Positions 36,893 to 45,298 of a stretch of 64,000 nucleotides of DNA are shown here, piece by piece; within the stretch, counting starts at the first letter, position 1; each line of letters starts with the position of its first letter. The notes under the pieces were generated by a model. The model searched no databases. It was not told the origin of the DNA and saw nothing but the letters and a program-made list of their open reading frames with translations. The DNA lies in assembly GCF_965214065.1 (NCBI RefSeq), contig NZ_CBDCAT010000024.1, forward strand, positions 5,345 to 69,344, written 5' to 3'. Made by a program: the position numbers and the translations under genes. Source of the DNA: Candidatus Poriferisocius sp. Its GTDB lineage: Bacteria; Actinomycetota; Acidimicrobiia; Acidimicrobiales; Bin134.

Positions 36893-38290
36893 ATGTCCAA
36901 GCAGCAAGAGCAGGAGAAGGTGGATGAGGGAGTCAGGATAGCTGTTCCCGAGTTTGTCGCAGACAAAGACAACCCCTTTGCCGGTGACTTGTTGGGCCGC
37001 GGGCCGCGGGTGAAGCTGCTGTGCGATTTCGCCAGATCGGTTTCCGACCATGTAGTCATCGCCGTCGATGGGGAGTGGGGAACTGGCAAGACAGCGTTCC
37101 TGAGGATGTGCAGGGCATACCTAGAGCAGCAGGAAGTCCGGGTTGCCGAGTTCAACGCCTGGACCGAGAGCTACACCACGGACCCCGTGTTCAATCTTGC
37201 TTCGGCGCTGGCCGAAGTGGTGGAAGGGGACCGACTTACCAAGATCATTGAGGCAGCGAAGGTCATTGGTGTGGCTGCTGGAAAGAGCCTGCCGTTCAAG
37301 GTCGGGGACGTTGTATCTGAGGCGGCAGAGATGATTGCCCAGAACCAAGCATTCCCAAACGGTCTACCTGAGTACCGCGATTGTGTTCGTGGATTCAAAG
37401 AGGCCCTGGAACAGGAAGCAGCCAGAGCAGACGGCCCGCTGTTGGTGCTGGTCGACGAGATGGATCGCTGTTTGCCCCAGCAGGTAGTCGAATACCTGGG
37501 GGCCGTCCACAACTTGCTGGCAGTGCCGGGGGTGGTTGTAGTGCTGGCGATCAACCTGGAGCAGACGGCAAGGGGGCTGGAAGCTGTCTATGGAAGTGCA
37601 TACGGTTCCAAGCGGTACTTGCAGCGGTTCTTCTCTCTGAGGATGACCCTTGATGGGGCTATTGAAACCGATGGACTCCTGCCGCTGATCCGCCTGTTGC
37701 GAGGCCACTTCGGGGATGATGTGGAATCGGCAGGGAGCGCCGACTTCATCGACTACTTATTGAGCATCCCCGCAATGGCCTCCCGTGGCTCCCTCAGGGA
37801 CCTTCAACGTGTGGGCCAGGCCCTTCAGCTGACGGCAGCGGTTGGTTTCGGTCAGAAAACGGGATTGAACACCAGCGACCAAGGGAACCTCACCCAGCTC
37901 TTGCTTGTGGCCTTGGCACTGCTGGTCTTGAGCCAGCTAGACGAAAAGCTCTACCGGGAGTTCATGGAAGGCAAGAAGAGTGCCTCCGAGGTCATGCTGG
38001 GCTTGCGTAACCGGCTCCCCGCCGACGACAGGGATCTGCCTATTGTGGCCCGCGCGGTAGCAGCCTATTTGGACGTTCTCGGAGATGCGCTCGGCACACC
38101 CGCAATCACCGAAGACCAGTACCAGGAGGTTGCAGGCCGCTATGGCCTTCAAAGAGGCGCGGGGGGCTACGAAGACTATTGCAGGTTCGTGGACAGTGTC
38201 CGGGGGCACCTCCGGGCCGGGATGTCCCGCCAGGTGTTGGCAGCAGTCGAGATGGCCAACGATTGGCCGAACATTCATTTGCGAGCCTGA
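36893..38290 (+). CDS. KAP-family P-loop NTPase
   Basis: 465 aa. Walker A is IAVDGEWGTGKTAFLR, Walker B is LLVLVDEMDRC. AAGGAG RBS. Confidence 0.85.
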   Translation: MSKQQEQEKVDEGVRIAVPEFVADKDNPFAGDLLGRGPRVKLLCDFARSVSDHVVIAVDGEWGTGKTAFLRMCRAYLEQQEVRVAEFNAWTESYTTDPVFNLASALAEVVEGDRLTKIIEAAKVIGVAAGKSLPFKVGDVVSEAAEMIAQNQAFPNGLPEYRDCVRGFKEALEQEAARADGPLLVLVDEMDRCLPQQVVEYLGAVHNLLAVPGVVVVLAINLEQTARGLEAVYGSAYGSKRYLQRFFSLRMTLDGAIETDGLLPLIRLLRGHFGDDVESAGSADFIDYLLSIPAMASRGSLRDLQRVGQALQLTAAVGFGQKTGLNTSDQGNLTQLLLVALALLVLSQLDEKLYREFMEGKKSASEVMLGLRNRLPADDRDLPIVARAVAAYLDVLGDALGTPAITEDQYQEVAGRYGLQRGAGGYEDYCRFVDSVRGHLRAGMSRQVLAAVEMANDWPNIHLRA

Positions 38291-38515
38291 TTCGAGATTG
38301 CAAATGGCTTGTTGATCTGAACGTGACTGCTGCCGATACCCAGGCCAATGACCGCCCCGAGATCCATGCCTCATGGGCTGCTGCCCGACCGGCTTTGGAT
38401 TTCTTCATAGCGGATCAAAGAAGGTCCGAGTTGTCGAACCCGCTCACTAAAATTGTGATGTTTGCCAGCTAGCCGCCTGCCCTCAGAACACCGGCAGGCA
38501 AGAGAGGAGACCGCG

Positions 38516-38743
38516 ATGAGCAAGAAACCCCCGGCACACACAGTCCTGCACGGCGACCAGTGGGCCAACCGGCGCGAAGGGTCGGAACGGGTCAGCAGAA
38601 AATTTCCCACCAAGAAGCAAGCCCAACAGGCGGGGCGCAACACCGCCAGGCGGGAAAACACCGAACACCTCATCCACAAAATAGACGGCACAATCGGCGA
38701 GCGGAACAGCTACGGCAACGACCCGCACCCGCCGAAGGGCTAA
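38516..38743 (+). CDS. DUF2188-like small protein
   Basis: Start ATG 38516 (GAGGAG RBS). HTVLHGDQWANRREGSERVSRKFPTKKQAQQAGRNTARRENTEHLIHKIDGTI fits the DUF2188 pattern. Confidence 0.65.
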   Translation: MSKKPPAHTVLHGDQWANRREGSERVSRKFPTKKQAQQAGRNTARRENTEHLIHKIDGTIGERNSYGNDPHPPKG

Positions 38744-38745
38744 CG

Positions 38746-39078
38746 ATGTCGGACCCACTAGCAAGCGCAGCAGCTAGCGCCATAGGTCCGAAGCTCTTTG
38801 GGAGGAGGGCGGCGAAGCGCCTTTCAGGTGCGGTGATGCAAATTGTTATGCGGATCGGGCTGTCGGGTGCTGACCGGGACCGGGCTCTACGCCAGCTCTC
38901 CCGTGAGATGTCAAGAGAAATCCGCTCCCTGAACCACACCCTCGCCGCCATAGCCATGTGCGATGAGTCCCCGGCAGCACGCCGCTATCTGTCGCAGATT
39001 GTCGAAGAAGGCATATCCGCGCACGACGAGAGGACATACAAGGAGCGGATGTGGGAACGGCTCGAAGCCATCCCATGA
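38746..39078 (+). CDS. Hypothetical protein
   Basis: ATG lies 2 nt after the previous stop. 110 aa with non-biased composition. Confidence 0.5.
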   Translation: MSDPLASAAASAIGPKLFGRRAAKRLSGAVMQIVMRIGLSGADRDRALRQLSREMSREIRSLNHTLAAIAMCDESPAARRYLSQIVEEGISAHDERTYKERMWERLEAIP

Positions 39079-39088
39079 GTAGGGTCCG

Positions 39089-39577
39089 ATGAGCTTCGTT
39101 GTTGCTGCCACCGCGGCTGCTGTCGGTTCTCTGCTTTCGGTTGTCCTTGTCGGCATCGGCAAGTACATGCGGGAAAACCGGATACGGCTCCGTTTCTGGG
39201 TTTCTGGCTTCTTCTCAGAACAGACCCCAGTCCGGTCAGACGGGCTTGCCTCTTCTCCAGATACGTCAGTGGGCACGACGGACTGGAGAGTGGTGTGCCC
39301 TCCCCTTTCAAGGATGTTGAAGGTGTGCAGAGCGGCCTTCAAGAAGGACTGTGAGACCACCATCGAAGCCATCGACCTGATGTACGGAAGGTTGGACAGC
39401 AGCAAGCAGGAGATGCTCCTAAGAATTTGTGCAACAGGTGTTGATCCGGGACCTCAAGGTAGGCGACATCCTTGGTCTAGGGGGATCCAACAACGTCGTC
39501 CAAGCCATCGAACCAGAAGGAAACGACCACTACGTCGTCACCTTCAACGAGCACAATGTCCAGCACTGGGCTGGTAG
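39089..39577 (+). CDS. Hypothetical membrane-anchored protein (3' end uncertain)
   Basis: N-terminal TM is FVVAATAAAVGSLLSVVLVGIG. The last roughly 50 codons are R-rich and overlap ORF 39429..39614, so the true end may be earlier. Confidence 0.35.
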   Translation: MSFVVAATAAAVGSLLSVVLVGIGKYMRENRIRLRFWVSGFFSEQTPVRSDGLASSPDTSVGTTDWRVVCPPLSRMLKVCRAAFKKDCETTIEAIDLMYGRLDSSKQEMLLRICATGVDPGPQGRRHPWSRGIQQRRPSHRTRRKRPLRRHLQRAQCPALGW

Positions 39578-39614
39578 TGGGAGCAAGGTGGCAGTCAAGA
39601 GGCATCTGGATTGA
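39429..39614 (+). CDS. Hypothetical small protein
   Basis: 61-aa GTG-start ORF with balanced composition (LKVGDILGLGGSNNVVQAIEPEGNDHYVVTF). Confidence 0.35.
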   Translation: MQQVLIRDLKVGDILGLGGSNNVVQAIEPEGNDHYVVTFNEHNVQHWAGSGSKVAVKRHLD

Positions 39615-39677
39615 ACACTTGTCCTCCTGCTCCGCCGCCCCTGTGGCCAAATCAGCGCCCCAAGTAGCCTGCCTCTC

Positions 39678-40817
39678 ATGCGAGCCATCCTGAGTTTCCG
39701 CTCCTTTACCTTGCTCGCTGGTGTGATCGCGTTGATCGCTGTGCTGCTTGGGCCAGTTGTGTCGGCGCAGACCCAAAGCGATTTTGAAGTGAGGGATCAG
39801 CTGATTGCGGACCAGGAGAACCTGTTGAACACCTACCGCTGCCTGTTCGGCGTGGAAACCGATGTGGTTCCAAGCGGGTGCCCGACCCCTGATGTGATCG
39901 AGCCTGGTCCTGCCCCTGCGAACCCCACACAGAACGACATCGACGTGCGGGACCGACTGATCCAGAACCAAGAAGCCCTGCTGAACGTCTACCGATGCCA
40001 GTTCGACGTTGACACCCAGCTCGTGCCCGGAGGTTGCGCCGCAGACGACGGTGAAAGCGACCAATCGACAGGGGAGGGCAGCACTAGCACCACGGTGATC
40101 GACGTGCTCAACAGCCTCACCGTCGAAGCCGAGTACACAGGGTCGGGATATGTGCGAGCCGACTTCGACCATGATCGGGGCTACCTCTGCAACGACTCTG
40201 GCATCGATCCCTACACCGGCATCGGCTTCGACCCGTCTACCTGTGACGTAGACCACATCGTAGCTGCGCAAGAGGCACACGAGTCCGGGGCATGGAAATG
40301 GGAAGTCGCCCGCCGCCAGGCGTTCGGCAACGACGCTTTGAACCTCGTGCCTAGCCGTGATTGCGTCAACCGATCCAAAGGAGCGCGGGACATAGCCGAA
40401 TGGTCAGGTCGGATCGGCAGCGGGGTGTGCAAAGGGGTGGAGACAACCGCCCAGGGGCTGTGCTATCTGGCCAGGAAGACAGTCGAGGTCAAAGCCGCCT
40501 ACTCCCTGTCAGTTGACCAGGCCGAGAAGAACGCGCTCACCCAGGTGCTAGACGGCTGTCCCGCCGACGGGGCTACGCAGCCTTCTGGCCCAGTCGACAC
40601 TCAGCCCACGCCCGGGCCGACTCCCTCGACCCAGGCCGACACAACAGGCGACTCCGACTGCCACCCCGCCTACAGCCCATGCCTTCCCGACCTTGCTGGT
40701 GACGCTCTGAACTGCGGTGATCTCACCTCAGACCAGAAACCAGTGCAGGTGCTCGTCGCCGGAGTGGACCCGTACCGGCTGGACCGGGACGGGGACGGGT
40801 GGGGCTGTACCTCCTAG
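39678..40817 (+). CDS. Secreted DUF1524/HNH-like nuclease with Excalibur domain and duplicated N-terminal Cys-pair module
   Basis: Signal peptide is LLAGVIALIAVLLGPVVSAQ. Carries two copies of the NQExLLNxYRC...VPxGC module, then CDVDHIVAAQEA...NLVPSRDCVNRSKGARD and DPYRLDRDGDGWGC. Confidence 0.8.
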   Translation: MRAILSFRSFTLLAGVIALIAVLLGPVVSAQTQSDFEVRDQLIADQENLLNTYRCLFGVETDVVPSGCPTPDVIEPGPAPANPTQNDIDVRDRLIQNQEALLNVYRCQFDVDTQLVPGGCAADDGESDQSTGEGSTSTTVIDVLNSLTVEAEYTGSGYVRADFDHDRGYLCNDSGIDPYTGIGFDPSTCDVDHIVAAQEAHESGAWKWEVARRQAFGNDALNLVPSRDCVNRSKGARDIAEWSGRIGSGVCKGVETTAQGLCYLARKTVEVKAAYSLSVDQAEKNALTQVLDGCPADGATQPSGPVDTQPTPGPTPSTQADTTGDSDCHPAYSPCLPDLAGDALNCGDLTSDQKPVQVLVAGVDPYRLDRDGDGWGCTS

Positions 40818-40874
40818 CCTTCCAGTCGGGTGGTTATCGCTGGCTGATAGTGGCCTGTGCTGGTCTGTCCCAGT

Positions 40875-43800
40875 TCACAGAAGGGTGGTGCTGTTAGGGA
40901 CCGTTGGTTTCTTTGCTGCTTTCGCGGTGACGGGAATGATGCCGTTGTCTTCAAGTTCTGCTGTGGAGATCAGCGGGCCAGAGAGCACGCGGTCGAGAAG
41001 GTTTGCCTGCTTGGTCTCCAGGTCGGCGAGCATTGTCAGCACGTTGATGAGTTGGAGCAGTTCTGTTGTGAATTCCGCCGTCCAAGTTCTCTGTGTGATC
41101 TTGTCGAGATCGGAGGAAGGATTTCCCTCAGGTTCCTTCTTTCGGGAGCGGAACCAGTTCCTTAGGGCGTTCACGCCCGACACTTCGTAGGTCCAGGCTG
41201 ATTCTTCGACGGGGCCTATGGTGCCCTCCCCGACAATGAGTTCCTTGCTTAAGGGGTTGTAGTCGATCTCGTTCGGCATTTCTTGTTCAGAGGTTGGTAT
41301 CGACTTGAGCACCTTGGGTCGACGCGGAGGCTCCAGATGTGGTGGCCTGCGGGGCCTGCTGCCGCTGTCATCGACGAATCGCTCGCCATATGTGTGGAGC
41401 CAGATGACTTCGGCTCCGATGTTCGCTGCCTCTCGATACAGCGCTCTGTCTCCGGTGAGGGGAACTCTTAGGCCAGGGGTTTGGAGGCCGACAAGTAGCC
41501 GCTCTGTATATGCGGGGGCACCGGCAATTGCAGCGACATAGGCAAACAGTTCCCGTGGTGAGGTGGTCTCGTTATGGACCGTGGCAATGAAGTCGAGGAG
41601 TCCGGGTGCAATGTTCGGGGAGGATGCACTGGGATCGCGCCAAAGGGGGAACACCCTGCCGCCGCGACCGTGATAGTGGTCTAGGTCTGGGACCAGCCCG
41701 GAGAACGTGATCGCCGGGCCGGACTTGGGAACCGTGCGGTGAATGGCGGTCAGATACACCTGGTTGTCGCCGCGCACATACCAGAGGGACGGGTTGGGCT
41801 GGTTGATTACCCGCTTGTCGGCGATCAGGTGTTGGCGGTCGAATGACCGAAACGCGATTGGCTCGGTCGGGCAATTAGCATCTTTCTCGTGGCCGAGTGA
41901 GGTCTTCGGGGGGTCGTATCCCCATAGGTTGTCCTCCAATCTCGTGTCCAGAGTCCTGTCTCGGGGGTGGGGGTCGAGAAGTTCGGATTTCTCCTCGCGG
42001 TCCGTTTCCCCGATGAGTTTTGACCAGCGGGCTTTGAGAACTTTGCTGTTGGGTCCGATCACCCATCTTCGTCCGGGCATGGTTCCTGAGCCGGACCAGG
42101 GGAAGAGGTCGTCCAGCGCTGGGTAGGATGCCCAATCTGGCGACCCTTCGGGCGTGAGTGGTGCCTTCCACTCGGTTGGCGCGAGGAACCATTGGGAGTT
42201 GTCGTCCGGGTCTAGTGATGACAGCTCTAGGAACTTTTCTGTGCGGTGGCCGGGATTGAGCTGTCTGAAGTGGACGGGGGCGGGGGTGTCCGAGTCTGTT
42301 GTCCCGTCTTTGAGGGCTATGACGACGCAGATCGGCTGCTGGACTCCTGGGAATACCCTGGTTGGAATATTTGGCTGGTGGCCTTCGGGGGTCGTGTCTA
42401 TGACCCATAGTTCGTCGGCTGTGCGCCTCAGGTAGTCGCGCATTTTGGCGAAGCCCGGCCCGCCCAAAAACCCCGAAGCGGTGACAAAGGAGATGATGCC
42501 GTTGGGGCTGTCCTCGTGGCGGTCAAACACCTTCCAAGATGCCCAGCGCCAGAAGTAGACGTAGGGGTTGTACAGGTGTTTGACATGTGTAGAGAGTTTC
42601 CACTCTGCGGGTGGCAGGAAGTCCTTGAGCGGCGGTTCGCTCGCCGACTTGTCGCCGGATTCGACCCATCCTCCCTTCCCCTTCGATCTCTCCTTGTAGG
42701 GGGGATTGCCGATGACCACGACGACAGGTTCGTCTGCCTTCACATTGTTGGCGTTGCGGCGCGATTGGGCGATGGGTTCGTACAGCGAGCCCAGCCGAGT
42801 CACCTCCACGAACGGGTCGTCGAGGGTGTTCGCGACGTAGAGCCGCAAGTCCTCCTCGGGTACATCGGCTCCCCGCCTGCGGTACTCCTCTGAAAGCCTG
42901 AGTTCCGCGACGCTGTACGGACCGGTCTGCAACTCGAAGCCGATGAGTCTCTTGGCTGCTGCTTCGAGCTGCGGCCCCACAGCCCCAGGTCCTTCTGAAT
43001 CTTCTACGGTTTGTGCTATCCGGTCGATGACCCGGAACAGGAAAGTGCCCGTTCCGCAGGCTGGATCGACAACGGTGACGCCTGGCGATGCGAGCCCTTG
43101 TTGAATCTTGAGGCGTGAGCGGAGAAGTCCGTCGGTGAGCTTCACCATTGAGTCGACCACCTCTACCGGGGTGTAGTAGCTCCCGGACTGCTTGCGTAGC
43201 TCGTTGTCGTACTCGGCCAGGAAGTCCTCGTAGAACAACAGCCATTTGTCGGGGTCGCCGTCGGACAGCCGGTCCCAGTCAACGACCGACAGGACCCGCA
43301 CGAGTGCCCAGACCGAGGTTGCGAGGCTGTCGAGGACTGTCTGGTCGGTGAGGAGCGACAGAGCCGTGCCGATCAGACCATGCCTGGTGTTGAGGTGCTT
43401 CGCTATCGAGTTGAAGTTTGGATTCTCCCCGTTCAGTGTGGCGGCGTTCAGGTCAATCCCTTCGACTCGCGCGAGGAGCAGAGCGAAAGTGATTGTTTGG
43501 GCGTATTGGTCTGCAAACTGCTTGTCTGTCGCCTCGGGATAGAGCAGGTCACGCCAGTCTGCCTGCAAGCTCTTCAATCCCGAGGAGCCGCCAATCAGCT
43601 CCAGCACCTCCAGCCTCAGGAGTCGGCACAGACGCGCCGTCGTCTCAGCCAGTTGCCGCACAGAAACAGGTGCAACGGGTTCCCACCCGAGGAAGTTGGA
43701 CAGCAGGAGTGCTAGCTCGGAGTCATCAGCGCTCAGGTCCGGGCCTGACTGGTCTACGTCACCCTGCAACCTCACGAGGCCGCCGACTCGATCGCCTTCC

Positions 43801-44177
43801 CGGTACAGGCCCCACTCGTTTCCGTCGGTGTACAAGATGTTTGGAAGCGCCGATAGGCGTTTCCACTGCTCCTTGTCATGCGCTTCTCGGAACCGCCTCG
43901 TGTCGGCCCCCTTGCCCGGAGCCTTCACCTCGATATGGCCCACAAGCAGTTGATCCACAAGCACGGCAAAGTCAGGCTTGACTCTCAAATCGCTAAGGGC
44001 GCTCTCACCCGCCAGCACGGGCACACCAATCCCAAGGGAGACCGCTATCCCGGTGACCAGGACTTCGACAGGAGCGCGAAGCTGCTCCTCCGGCTCTCCC
44101 AGCCCACTCTCTGACTTCTCTGTGACTGCGCGTCCGAATTCTGAGACGAGAGGCTGAAGTTCTGAAAGAGAGATCAA
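40875..44177 (-). CDS. Type IIG/IIL single-chain restriction-modification enzyme (PD-(D/E)xK nuclease + N6-adenine methyltransferase + specificity domain)
   Basis: 1100 aa. N-terminal KPDFAV...GHIEVKAPG nuclease motif, SAM motif I VVDPACGTGTFL, motif IV VIGNPPYKE. The long C-terminal region resembles MmeI/type-ISP-like specificity domains. GC is visibly lower than in the neighbours. Confidence 0.85.
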   Translation of the reverse strand: MISLSELQPLVSEFGRAVTEKSESGLGEPEEQLRAPVEVLVTGIAVSLGIGVPVLAGESALSDLRVKPDFAVLVDQLLVGHIEVKAPGKGADTRRFREAHDKEQWKRLSALPNILYTDGNEWGLYREGDRVGGLVRLQGDVDQSGPDLSADDSELALLLSNFLGWEPVAPVSVRQLAETTARLCRLLRLEVLELIGGSSGLKSLQADWRDLLYPEATDKQFADQYAQTITFALLLARVEGIDLNAATLNGENPNFNSIAKHLNTRHGLIGTALSLLTDQTVLDSLATSVWALVRVLSVVDWDRLSDGDPDKWLLFYEDFLAEYDNELRKQSGSYYTPVEVVDSMVKLTDGLLRSRLKIQQGLASPGVTVVDPACGTGTFLFRVIDRIAQTVEDSEGPGAVGPQLEAAAKRLIGFELQTGPYSVAELRLSEEYRRRGADVPEEDLRLYVANTLDDPFVEVTRLGSLYEPIAQSRRNANNVKADEPVVVVIGNPPYKERSKGKGGWVESGDKSASEPPLKDFLPPAEWKLSTHVKHLYNPYVYFWRWASWKVFDRHEDSPNGIISFVTASGFLGGPGFAKMRDYLRRTADELWVIDTTPEGHQPNIPTRVFPGVQQPICVVIALKDGTTDSDTPAPVHFRQLNPGHRTEKFLELSSLDPDDNSQWFLAPTEWKAPLTPEGSPDWASYPALDDLFPWSGSGTMPGRRWVIGPNSKVLKARWSKLIGETDREEKSELLDPHPRDRTLDTRLEDNLWGYDPPKTSLGHEKDANCPTEPIAFRSFDRQHLIADKRVINQPNPSLWYVRGDNQVYLTAIHRTVPKSGPAITFSGLVPDLDHYHGRGGRVFPLWRDPSASSPNIAPGLLDFIATVHNETTSPRELFAYVAAIAGAPAYTERLLVGLQTPGLRVPLTGDRALYREAANIGAEVIWLHTYGERFVDDSGSRPRRPPHLEPPRRPKVLKSIPTSEQEMPNEIDYNPLSKELIVGEGTIGPVEESAWTYEVSGVNALRNWFRSRKKEPEGNPSSDLDKITQRTWTAEFTTELLQLINVLTMLADLETKQANLLDRVLSGPLISTAELEDNGIIPVTAKAAKKPTVPNSTTLL

Positions 44178-44264
44178 TTCATTGGCCTTTCGGATCAGGG
44201 AACTTCACAGCCGACCACATCCAAGATCGCTGCTGGCGGTGTAAAGAGACTACTGGTGTCCTAT

Positions 44265-44289
44265 GGGACGTTCCTATAGACGTCAAGTG
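44265..44289 (+). repeat. Left direct repeat of internal att-flanked remnant
   Basis: GGGACGTTCCTATAGACGTCAAGTG matches 44737-44761 at 22/25. Confidence 0.6.
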
Positions 44290-44329
44290 AGCATCCCCCC
44301 TTTGGCCGGTCGCCTCGATTGGGAGGTAA

Positions 44330-44482
44330 TTATGTCATTGATGGAAAAGGAGAGGCCGCCGGGCAGGGCCAGACCCAATGTCCAGCCAACAGGAGGAAGC
44401 CCAGCCCACAGCGCGCCTCAAGCCAACGGCGGGCCGACAAGACGATTTGGCAATCACGAATATCGGTTTCCATGGCCACCAT
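44330..44482 (-). pseudogene. AlpA-like gene remnant
   Basis: MVAMETDIRDCQIVLSARRWLEARCGLG matches the N-terminus of 18980..19330. The HTH continuation (SSCWLDIGSG-P) is only in another frame and is truncated. Confidence 0.5.
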
Positions 44483-44736
44483 CCTGCAACGCCATACCGG
44501 TCGCGACCCATCCGCCGACCGGTCGCAAGCCGCCCGATCCCCACTACCAGAAGCACAGCCGCGTCAGCGGGCTCCAGTTCTTCACCGACTGCGGCAGATT
44601 TCGAGGCTCCCTCGGCTTGCCGCCGCCGGCGTCCGGATTACCCCGATAAAATGGGGGATGGATTGGGGGATAGAAGAAACTTTTTGCCGACTCTGGTGGC
44701 TCTACCAGGGATTTTGTCAACTGTTCAAGTCCCAGG

Positions 44737-44761
44737 GGGACGTTCCTGTATATGTCAAGTG
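44737..44761 (+). repeat. Right direct repeat of internal att-flanked remnant
   Basis: GGGACGTTCCTGTATATGTCAAGTG. It is preceded by a tRNA-3'-end-like TTCAAGTCCCAGGGGGACG at the same offset from CTCTACCAGGG as the GI-1 attR core. Confidence 0.6.
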
Positions 44762-44797
44762 CGGGTTGTGAGGGTGGGATGGGATGGTGTTCTGCGG

Positions 44798-45271
44798 ATG
44801 AGAAAATTGCTTGAGAGTGGGTTCTGGGCGGGGAGAACATTACGGAGTCACCCGCCACAGCAATTCGCCGATCTGACAGGCCGTGAGGCTGAAGCGGTCA
44901 TCGAGGGGCTCACTGTCCACCAGAGCCGGCTCCTAGACAACGACCCCTACGCGCATGGGATCAGCGTGGACCATTTGCTGGGCCGCATCGGCGAGCAGCC
45001 ACCACCAGAGCCAGTCCTGTGGGTGTGGCACGAGATCGACCTGCCGCTGCTGGACTGGAAGCTTGTGAGGGGACGGGAGAACCTTGGAGACGCGTACCGG
45101 CTTCTCGCCGACATCGCTTGCAGCATCGGAGCAGTGCCCGGCATGGTGAACATCGGAGATGGCTATTGCTGGGCAAGCAAGTTCGGGTTGCGGGTTACCT
45201 TCGTAGTTGCCAGCCCGGTCCCGTCGGGCGGTCTGCTGCTTCTATCTGTCGAGACGGTCGGAAGCACCTGA
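44798..45271 (+). CDS. Hypothetical protein
   Basis: 157-aa ORF from ATG 44798 with balanced composition. Confidence 0.5.
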   Translation: MRKLLESGFWAGRTLRSHPPQQFADLTGREAEAVIEGLTVHQSRLLDNDPYAHGISVDHLLGRIGEQPPPEPVLWVWHEIDLPLLDWKLVRGRENLGDAYRLLADIACSIGAVPGMVNIGDGYCWASKFGLRVTFVVASPVPSGGLLLLSVETVGST

Positions 45272-45298
45272 CATCTGCCATTGGGTCTGACAGCCCTG

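Noticed and set aside
44724-44742. tRNA-like 3' end TTCAAGTCCCAGGGGGACG as evidence of a tRNA gene or pseudogene.
   Set aside because: No D arm, anticodon arm or matching 5' acceptor strand is found upstream at either repeat copy. I treated it as an att-type fragment carried with the remnant, not as a tRNA feature.
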